32,884 nucleotides of DNA, taken from the NCBI GenBank assembly GCA_948468685.1, contig CAOKJC010000003.1, positions 1 through 32,884 on the forward strand, given 5' to 3'. The position numbers and the translations under genes were made by a program. Source of the stretch: an uncultured Clostridium sp. (GTDB taxonomy: Bacteria > Bacillota > Clostridia > TANB77 > CAG-508). Shown here in pieces: positions 9,355-18,200 of this stretch (position 1 is its first letter; every line of letters begins with the position of its first letter). The notes under the pieces are model-generated. The model was not told the DNA's origin and ran no database searches. It was given only the letters and a program-made list of their open reading frames with translations.

Positions 9355-10323
9355 TTATTTAGGGAGCTCGAACATTTTTGTAGGAATATTACCATATTCG
9401 TTTAATTGGACTTTAAAAAATTTTTGTCCTTCTGATACATCAAAAGTAACATCAATTACATACCACTCTCCATCAAGAAAAGCAATATTCCATCCATGAT
9501 TTGCATCAAAAAAATTTTCTGAAACAGTGTTTTCATTATTTGGAACCTTTCCTATCACAGAAATAACTGGTATTTCCGCCATATCTGCAATATATTTAAA
9601 TGAATACATATATCCGCTACATATACATTCTTTATTTATTATCCCTCCATATATATTATCGTTATTTAATTTTTCAAGGCTTTGATCATATTTTGAATCT
9701 TTTATTAGCCAGTTATGAATTTCTAAAAGTTTTTCCTCGTCTGTCCCATTCAATTTCTGAACAAATTCTTTTGTTTCATTTTCAATATTTTTTATTGCTT
9801 TATATAACTGTTTTTCATTTTTAAAATCATAATATTTATTTTCCTCTGGTGCAATAATAATAGTAAAATATAGATTATCTCCATAATAATAAGTTATTGT
9901 ATATGAAACTAAATTGTTTATCCATAATGTTGCTTCTGGGTTATCCAATTTATATGCCCATATTATTCTTGTTACAATCTCATCTATTTTTAAAGAAACA
10001 TCTTCATCAAAAACACTATATGTTGTATCAATTCTACCTATACATACCCCCTTGTTATCAATTATTTGTTCTTTTGCATTCTTCAAATTATTATAAACTT
10101 CTTGTTCTTGTGGTGTAAGTTGATTGTAATAATATTTCCGAACACTTTTTGTGGGTCCAAATATTGTTCCCAATTCATTCTTTTTACTTATAATTTTAGA
10201 AATTCTTGATGATGTTTCAATTCTTATAATAGAATTATTATTATTACTTACACATTTGATAATCCCGATAGTTGCCACAAAAATAATTACTAATACAAAA
10301 ATTCTACTTGATTTTTTCATCAT
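9355..10323 (-). CDS. Membrane-anchored transglutaminase-like domain protein
   Basis: N-terminal TM, YYYNQL, and Cys-His-Asp triad motifs CICSGY, HGWN, IDVT. Confidence 0.85.
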   Translation of the reverse strand: MMKKSSRIFVLVIIFVATIGIIKCVSNNNNSIIRIETSSRISKIISKKNELGTIFGPTKSVRKYYYNQLTPQEQEVYNNLKNAKEQIIDNKGVCIGRIDTTYSVFDEDVSLKIDEIVTRIIWAYKLDNPEATLWINNLVSYTITYYYGDNLYFTIIIAPEENKYYDFKNEKQLYKAIKNIENETKEFVQKLNGTDEEKLLEIHNWLIKDSKYDQSLEKLNNDNIYGGIINKECICSGYMYSFKYIADMAEIPVISVIGKVPNNENTVSENFFDANHGWNIAFLDGEWYVIDVTFDVSEGQKFFKVQLNEYGNIPTKMFELPK

Positions 10324-10413
10324 TTTTCCTCCATTAATTCGCTTTTATACAAAATTAGAAGTATACTTATAATTTTTAATTTTGTATAATCTCCTATAAG
10401 TTGTCATAAAGTA

Positions 10414-10442
10414 ATTATATCAATTTTTTATTAATAAGTCAA
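10414..10442 (-). promoter_or_regulatory. Sigma-A promoter with extended -10
   Basis: Minus strand TTGACT (10442-10437), 17 nt ending TGA, TATAAT (10419-10414). Confidence 0.75.
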
Positions 10443-10448
10443 GATTAA

Positions 10449-10535
10449 GAGGAAATGGCAAACTCCATTTCCTCATCTAATTATAAAATAAAATTTCTTA
10501 CTTAAGAATGGGCTCTCTTTCAACTGAAAGAGAGC
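10449..10535 (-). terminator. Two tandem hairpins downstream of the YihY-family gene
   Basis: GCTCTCTTTCA-AC-TGAAAGAGAGC (10512-10535) and GAGGAAATGG-6nt-CCATTTCCTC (10449-10474). Confidence 0.6.
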
Positions 10536-10555
10536 TCTTGTATTATTTTTATCAA

Positions 10556-11398
10556 TTAATTTTTAAAACTAATTATTTTATTAATCTCTGCACCTAATAA
10601 AATTATATAAAAACAAGCATATGTCCACATCATAATAAGCATCAAAGTAGTCAAACTTCCATAGGTTACAGAAAAACCTCTAAAAATATCTAAATATCTA
10701 GAAAAAAGGAAAGATATTAAATTAAGACTAATCGCACCAAATATAGCCCCTATTACTTGACTTTTTAATGAAACTTTATGTTTTGGCATAAATTTATATA
10801 AAAATATAAAAACAATAAAAGTCGCAAAAATAAAACCAATCTGTGTCAATATTCCATAAATATAAGTAAATTTTTTCAATCCTCCAAAATAATTTTGAAT
10901 TATTGATAATAAACTACTTCCAAAAACTAATAAAACTATACCTCCAATAATTAATAAAATAAATATTATAGTTTGCAAAATTGATTTTATCTTTATATAT
11001 ATTGCAGAATTACTTTTTTTATCATCAATATTATAAACTGAATGCAATCCCTTAGTTAATGCAAATAATCCACGTCCAGCTGACCAAATTGTAAATATAA
11101 TAGATATAGAAATTGTACCTACAGATTTTGAATATACTTCTCTTACTATTCCTAATACAAATTCATTCATACTTGATGGTATCACTCTAGAAATAATATT
11201 GAATAGTGTCTCTTGGTCTATATTTGTATATTGTATTGATGTTATCAATAATATTAAAAATGGTATAAATGATAATATTGTATAATATGAACATTGTGCT
11301 GAATATGCACTAATATTGTCTTTGTTAATATTAGTGCATATTTCTTCTATTATTTTATATTTATTTTTATATTTATTGATGACGTTAAAAATTTTCAT
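10556..11398 (-). CDS. YihY/virulence factor BrkB family membrane protein
   Basis: SAQCSYYTILSFIPF, IWSAGRG, LYKFMP, YGSL..LML..MWTY..ILLGAEIN; multiple TM segments. Confidence 0.9.
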   Translation of the reverse strand: MKIFNVINKYKNKYKIIEEICTNINKDNISAYSAQCSYYTILSFIPFLILLITSIQYTNIDQETLFNIISRVIPSSMNEFVLGIVREVYSKSVGTISISIIFTIWSAGRGLFALTKGLHSVYNIDDKKSNSAIYIKIKSILQTIIFILLIIGGIVLLVFGSSLLSIIQNYFGGLKKFTYIYGILTQIGFIFATFIVFIFLYKFMPKHKVSLKSQVIGAIFGAISLNLISFLFSRYLDIFRGFSVTYGSLTTLMLIMMWTYACFYIILLGAEINKIISFKN

Positions 11399-11431
11399 AA
11401 ATCACTCCTACTTAAGTAAATTACGCATTTT

Positions 11432-11497
11432 TGTGTCAAAAGGGACGTCCTTTTCTGGCACATTTTTGTGTCAAAGTCCCCCGCCCCTTTTGTCCCA
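11432..11497. repeat. Two 31-bp palindromic REP-like units overlapping the 3' end of the permease gene
   Basis: TGTGTCAAAAGGGACGTCCTTTTCTGGCACA (11432-11462) and TGTGTCAAAGTCCCCCGCCCCTTTTGTCCCA (11467-11497). Confidence 0.8.
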
Positions 11498-12251
11498 TTT
11501 TTCCTTTAATCTTTTCTTTCTTTATTTTTATATTTTCTTTTATTTCATCTTTTTGTTCTTTAACTTGTCTTTTTATTTCTTCTTGTTTTTCTTTAATTTT
11601 TACTTTTATTGATTGAATTGTTGGATAAGCTTTTAATAATCTTCTATGCAATCTAGATTTACCTATCAATATTTCTTTGACTTTATTAGTTATTTCTTCT
11701 GTATTATCTAAATCTTTTCCTATTTCTTTTGTGGTTTTACCAACATATCTAATAACATTTGTAGATACTATATAATCTATTACATATAATATTAATAATA
11801 TTCCTGTTAATATGTTTAAGTATAACTTAGGCAAGACTTCTAATTTTGATATTAAAAATGGATTTGAAACATACATTATAAACATTCCAAGTAAACCAAA
11901 TGGTATAATTGTATTTAAACAAACTCTACCATTTATATTAAATCTTCTTTGACTATAGTCCCACCATCTTGCATGGAATATCTTTTCCATAAAGTAACTT
12001 GTTAAATATTCTAATATTCCACAAACAAGAATTGCCATTATAAATAATGTTATTGGGTCATCTACATATTTGTTTAATAAAAATGTAATTAGTATTGCTC
12101 CTGTGCCATATATTGGACAATATGGTCCAATTAAAAATCCTCTATTTATAAATTTCTTCATTGTTATTAATTTTCCTATTACTTCCATTAGCCATCCTAA
12201 AAAGGTATATGCTAAAAATAATAAAAAATATATTCTTATATCTATTCCCAA
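11436..12251 (-). CDS. Putative ABC transporter permease (CmpB/DUF1113-like)
   Basis: FLGWLMEV, NRGFLIGPYCPIYG, LEYLTS, WWDYS..FNINGRVCL. The track start at 12302 lies inside a repeat; the probable start is near TTG 12251 after AGGAGG. Confidence 0.85.
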   Translation of the reverse strand: MGIDIRIYFLLFLAYTFLGWLMEVIGKLITMKKFINRGFLIGPYCPIYGTGAILITFLLNKYVDDPITLFIMAILVCGILEYLTSYFMEKIFHARWWDYSQRRFNINGRVCLNTIIPFGLLGMFIMYVSNPFLISKLEVLPKLYLNILTGILLILYVIDYIVSTNVIRYVGKTTKEIGKDLDNTEEITNKVKEILIGKSRLHRRLLKAYPTIQSIKVKIKEKQEEIKRQVKEQKDEIKENIKIKKEKIKGKMGQKGRGTLTQKCARKGRPF

Positions 12252-12272
12252 AATAATTATAGTTCCTCCTTT

Positions 12273-12402
12273 TGTGCCAAAGGGGACGTCCCTTTTTGGC
12301 ATACTTTTTTATTTCAGTTCTTGTGACAAAAAGGCACACTCCTCCTGTCACAACTTTTTCTTTTCAGTTTTTGTGCCAAAAAGGGACGTCCCCTTTGGCA
12401 CA
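12273..12402. repeat. Cluster of three 31-bp palindromic REP-like units at 49-50 bp period
   Basis: Units at 12273-12303, 12322-12352 and 12372-12402; first and third are reverse complements except for one base; the 18-19 nt spacers resemble each other (CTTTTT..TTTCAGTT). Confidence 0.9.
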
Positions 12403-12403
12403 A

Positions 12404-14462
12404 TTATATTTCAATTCTATCTGTAAATTTGTCTTTTACTAATTCTTTTAAAAGTCTATTTTCTTCATTTTCTAGTTTTCTGTCTTTATCAACAATTTTT
12501 ATAGCCGCTTCTTGAGCCAATTTTAAAATATCTACATCTGTAAATAGATTTGCAATTTTAAAATCTGGTATTCCATGTTGCATCGTTCCGAAAAAATCTC
12601 CTGATCCTCTTAATTCTAAATCTTTTTGTGAAATTACAAACCCATCGTTTGTTTCACACATTACTTTCATTCTCTCTTTTGTATTTTGCCCTTTTCCATT
12701 ATATTTTAGTACACAATATGATTTATATTCTCCTCTTCCTACTCTTCCTCTTAATTGATGTAATTGTGCTAGACCGAATCTTTGGCTATCCTCTATTACC
12801 ATTATACTTGCATTTGGTACATCTACTCCTACTTCAATTACTGTTGTTGATATTAATATGTCTATTTCTCCACTTTTAAAGCGTTCCATTATTTCATCTT
12901 TTTCTTTTGGTCTCATTTTTCCGTGTATATAGTCTACTCTATAATTCGGGAATGTTTCTTTTTGGCATGTTTCATATAATGTTATTACTGATTTTAAATC
13001 TGTATCTTCTTCTTCACTATCTTCTACTAAGGGACATACAATATATGCTTGCCTTCCTTCATCTACTTGTTTTCTTATAAAGTTATTTATTCTTTCTTCC
13101 ATTCTTTTTGTTACTGCAAATGTTTCTATTGTTTTTCTGTTTGGTGGCAGTTCATCTATTATTGAGATATCCAAATCTCCATATAATATTAGTGCTAGTG
13201 TCCTTGGTATTGGTGTTGCTGACATTACTAATACATCTGGGTTTTGTCCTTTTTCTGCTATTTTTGTTCTTTGTTTTACTCCAAATCTGTGTTGTTCATC
13301 TGTTACTACTAACCCTAAATTTTTAAACACTACATTTTCTTCTAAAATAGCATGTGTTCCTATTATTATATCTATTTCTCCTTTTTGTAATCTTTCCAAT
13401 ATTTCTTCTTTTTTCTTTTTTGTTATTCCAGATATTAATAGTTCACATTTTATTTCAAATTTATTTAATATCTTTTTAAAATTATTTAAATGTTGTGTTG
13501 CAAGTATTGCTGTTGGTGCAAGTATTGCTGCTTGATATCCTGATTTTACTGCTTTATATGCTGAAATCATTGCTACTATTGTTTTTCCTGAGCCTACATC
13601 TCCTTGAAGTAATCTATTCATTGATTTTTCTGATTCCATATTTTCATCTATTTCTTGTAATACTCTTAGTTGCGCTTTTGTTAGGTTGAATGGTAATGTG
13701 TTTATTACATCTGACATCTTTGCATTTTTGTCAAATATAATTCCTTTTTTATCTGTCAAGTCATTATTTTTTAGTTGTAATAATGCTAATTGTGTTGATA
13801 ATAGTTCTTCAAACACTAATCTTTTTCGAGCTTTTTTAAAGTCTTCAAATTCTTTAGGAAAATGTATATTATTATTTGCTTCATTTATTTCTTCTAAGTT
13901 ATATTCATTTAATATATATTCTGGTAATGTTTCTGCTAATCCACCTTCTTCTTTTAATTTTTCTAATCCATTTTCTATTATTTTTCTTAGTGTATTTTGT
14001 GTTAAACTAAATGTTAATGGATATATTGGTATTATTTTTCCTGTGTTATTTGTATTTTCTATTTCATCAAATACTGGTGAATTCATGTTTACTTTACCAT
14101 ATTGAAATTCTATTTTTCCATAAAATCTATATTTTTTTCCGTACTTGAAATTTTGATTTTAAATATGGTTGATTGAACCATGTTATTGTTGCTTGTCCTG
14201 TTTCATCTCCTATGTTTAACTTTTGCATTGTTCTGCCTTTGCTTATTCTTGTGTCTATAAATCTTGACATCGCTACTGCTTCTATTAAGGCTACTTCTCC
14301 ATTTACACATTCACATATATTTTTTGGCTTACTTCTGTCTTCATATCCTCTTGGATAATATGTTATTAAATCTTTTAGTGTATATATTCCTATTTTATTT
14401 AGGAGCTGTACTCTGTTTGGTCCTACTCCTTTTATATATTTTACATCTTCATTTAAATTCAT
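12404..14462 (-). CDS. recG: ATP-dependent DNA helicase RecG, interrupted by a +1 frameshift at CGG 14141-14139
   Basis: ORF 14127-14462 is the RecG N-terminus (IKGVGP, YYPRGYEDRS, WFNQPYL); ORF 12404-14086 has GDVGSGKT, DEQHRFG, MSATPIPRTL, QLRGRVGRG. GTA-C-GGA joins them as FQV-GKKYRFYGKIEFQYGKVNMNSP, giving 685 aa. Confidence 0.95.
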
Positions 14463-14605
14463 TTTTTCATACCTTTCGTTTTACTTTGCTACATTCATCA
14501 TAAATTGTTTATCGTCATCCAAAGATTTCAACTTTGTTTTTCTTTATACAGTTTACTATATTTTAAGTTAATTGTCTATGAAATATGAATTTTTTTGATT
14601 TTATA

Positions 14606-14647
14606 AAGCAAACCAGCTAAAAGAATTCACCTTTAACTGGTTTGCTT
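14606..14647 (-). terminator. Intrinsic terminator after the 14663-15064 gene
   Basis: AAGCAAACCAG...CTGGTTTGCTT inverted repeat. Confidence 0.7.
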
Positions 14648-14662
14648 GTCATTCTCGCTCTC

Positions 14663-15064
14663 TTACCCCAAGAATATTGCAATGTACTTATAGTTTTCCC
14701 ATTCATAAGCTAAATCTTCCATTTCTACAAAATCTTGATAGTCGAGCATATCTGCCATACAAGTTTGAGAATTTGAAGTGAAAGTTTTAAAGTTTTCAAT
14801 AGCATTATTTTCATTCATACTATCCAAAACATTTTTCAGTTCACTTACCTTCTCCCTATTCAAGACAGTATAATAGAAGTCTATATCAACATCTGCATCT
14901 TCGAGACAGACATGACGTTCATCATCTACACCATTCTGAATAAGTACTGAAAGCTTTTCGCTCAGACTTCTTGATTTGAGCAAAAACTCTTTGAGGAGTT
15001 CATTTCCATACTCCTGTGCTGCCTTAGCTGCCTTTTCTTTAGAAAGTCTAATTGCTTCGTTCAT
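14663..15064 (-). CDS. Hypothetical acidic protein
   Basis: 133-aa ORF with AGAGGAG RBS and its own terminator; no family recognised. Confidence 0.75.
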   Translation of the reverse strand: MNEAIRLSKEKAAKAAQEYGNELLKEFLLKSRSLSEKLSVLIQNGVDDERHVCLEDADVDIDFYYTVLNREKVSELKNVLDSMNENNAIENFKTFTSNSQTCMADMLDYQDFVEMEDLAYEWENYKYIAIFLG

Positions 15065-15179
15065 ATTGTTTTCTCCTCTTTAATTTAATATTTGTTATAC
15101 TAATATTATAGCATTTTTTAGTAGGAAAGTTAACTTTATGTAACTACGGTTTAAAATTATTAATGCAAAATACATATAA

Positions 15180-15215
15180 AAACGACACCATCTCTATTTA
15201 GAAATGGTGCCGTTT
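15180..15215 (-). terminator. Terminator-like hairpin after the large kinase gene
   Basis: AAACGACACCAT...ATGGTGCCGTTT imperfect inverted repeat followed by Ts on the minus strand. Confidence 0.65.
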
Positions 15216-15230
15216 CATTTTTAATTAAAC

Positions 15231-18200
15231 TTATCCTCTACAAACCTCGTAAAAAATATTTTCATTAATAACACTAAAACCTTTAGTGTTTATATCATAC
15301 AACTTTGAATCAGTAGTGATAATTTTATCACATACCATATTCTTTTTCTTACATTGGTCATTTGAATTTGTAATTATCAACTCTCCTTTTAAAATTGTAT
15401 AAATACAGCCTTTATAAAATATTATCCTTTCAATATTAACATCATTTTTTCTAAAAGACACTGTTTCAAATTTTCCATTCGGTCTTATAATTATTCCATA
15501 TCCATCACTATTTACCACAAGCCACATTTTTGTATAATTGTCATAAATAATATTATATTCACAACTTCTCGAATCACGTCTTATACTACAAAGTTTCTCG
15601 CTATTACAATAAACATCATCTGCATTATACCGCCCTTCTTTAACCAGAACAAATTTTGAATTGAATTTGACAAGAAATCGTTTGGTTTTCTGATTTACCA
15701 AAAATTTTATTTTTTCATCTTCTACATTTCCTTCAAGCAAAAATTCTTTTTTAAAGATAACTTCTTCTCCATTAGATATTCCTATAAAGTACAAGGAATT
15801 ACCATCTACAACTACATTTTTGCTGTCCTGTATTTCTTCTTCATAAATTATAGTATCTTCGTTCAAATCAATAGCAACTACCTTATTGGCGTAAACAGCA
15901 AATGCAAAATTCCCATTTTCTGAAACAAGAATATTAATAACTTCCATAACTTCAGGTAAATGAATATTATATTGCTTGTGAGATAATACTGCAACATAAT
16001 AGCTTGTATCTTCATTCATACATATTGCAGATTTCTCGTTTATTACTTTTTTTACATTGTCACCAAAAGGCTTGATTTCTTTTGCTATAAATTTAGAATT
16101 AATACGAATAACTTCATCTAAATTTTGATAAAGTTCTACTTCATATAGAGACTTGTATTGTCTTATAAGATATGGGACTATACTTTCTCTATTTTCTCCT
16201 TCAAAAATTTCTAAAAACACTTTTTGTAATTCCTCATTCATCCAATTCCAAGATTGAGCTATGGTAGGTACTTCAATTCCATGGTTTCCTAAAAGAGAAA
16301 GCCTACGCTCCATCTTTTCTGGAATTTCCAAAGAAATTTCCATATCATTTTCCATAACATAATATACTCCATCAAATGGATGTACTAATGTAAGATATTG
16401 AAAAGCTTGAATTGCAAATGAATACCAGTCATCCTCCATTGTAATATTTTGATTTTCCTTTGATACTGGGTCAATATATCCATCAGTGAAAAATCTTGGA
16501 GCAATATCATCAACACCCATTCCATCGAAATCGATGAAATAAATATTTTTATTGCTATCAAAAAGAATATTACTTCCATTTAAATCCCCTATATAGATGT
16601 TTGCCTCAGTATGCAAAGTTTCAATGCCTTGTCCTACAGTAATTAGAATTTCGAATATGTCTTTCATAGTAAATCCATAGCTCTCTACTACTTCTTTATC
16701 TCTTAAATCTGAAAGCGGATTTCCTAATACTTCTTCCATAATGTAGCCAAACACATTATATAGCTCATCATCTACAAGAATCTTCTGAGGAATGATGTAT
16801 TTAAACTTAAATCCTCTATTACTAATTTCCTCCAATATCTTTCTTTTCTCAATGATTTTAACAATAACAGCATTTTTTAAACTATAATTAATTTCTGCGT
16901 CTTCTTTAAATACCTTTGCGACTGTACCTTTTTTATATGGATATATATGTGCTTCTCCTCCACTATTTTCATGTTTTATTGAAGTTATTGTTGATTTAGC
17001 TACTATTTCTGTCATATTTGTTTCAATATCTTCTATAGTGCTAAATTGGTAACTTTCTAAACATCTAGGACAAAATATATGTTTATTTTTGTAATAAATT
17101 TTGTGAATAGTACAATATTTTGTCATTTCTTCAGACAAATTTTGAAGTTTATCCAACAGTTTATAGAAATCACCAGAACAGTCAGATATGTCAATTTCAA
17201 TTGAAGTATCCGAAGAAATCACCTTAGATACATATTCACAAGTCCACTTTAAAGTTTCAATTGTGTCTCCTTCTTTACTTATAAAGTCAATATTCAAAAT
17301 TTGTACCTGTTTTTTGTATTGCTTATTTAAAATTACATTTCCAAAAGGATTTGCTGTAAAAGCCAAACCACTTTTTACAATACTTTGAACCTGTAGCATA
17401 AGTCTAATCAAGCATTTTAGTCTTGCCCGATTTTTCAATTTTTGATTATTGCTAATTTCAATATTTGTGTCACTAAATTTTTCTAAAAATTCAAAACCAA
17501 AATCATAAGCATAAGTACACCCTATAAATTCATTATTTTGTATTACTTTTTTCTCAGGAACAAAACCATCTTGCCCTAACTTTAGTTCTCTTGATAACAT
17601 TTTTTTCGTTATTATATCGTCAATATTTTTTTCAATATTAGCAATATCAACAAGAGACTTTTTATAAATTTTTAAAATTGCATCTTGATCATAAGTACTT
17701 TTCAAAATATGATATTTTGCATATTCATCCTCAAAAAGTACAACTGAGTCTTCTTCTATTGGAGCTATATGCAATTTAGTTTGTTTACAAATAGGACATT
17801 CATATTCAGGCAAACCATAATTATTGTAATATATCTCGTGTTCTTCACAATAAGAATTTAATTCATTTGCTGTTGAAAGCATCCAATCCCTATTAGCAGA
17901 AAAATCTATACTAATAAGAATATTGGGATTACATCCTATATCAATCAAGTGCTGATAAATCATTTCCATGAAATTTGTTTTGTTCCCATTATACTCACAT
18001 CTTTTTAACTCGAATTTTTCATCCCAAATATTAACATAGAATTTGAAATCATCATCCATGTAAATAGTGTCTAAAGGAATATAGTACTTATCAAATTTCT
18101 TAAATAGATATGCAATAACTTTGAGAAGTTCCTTATTGTTAAAGCTTGAAAGCACTTCGTCTGTAAGAAACTTTCCATTGCTATTAGTTATATAACCTAT

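Noticed and set aside
12273-12402. Possible mini CRISPR array (31-bp palindromic repeats at regular period)
   Set aside because: Spacers are only 18-19 nt and resemble each other, units differ in orientation and sequence, and no cas genes are present.
12404-14462. recG as a decayed pseudogene (same consideration for spoVFB at 3458-4037)
   Set aside because: Each has only one lesion, at the same CGG-A context, with both halves otherwise intact; recoding or a systematic artefact fits better than decay.
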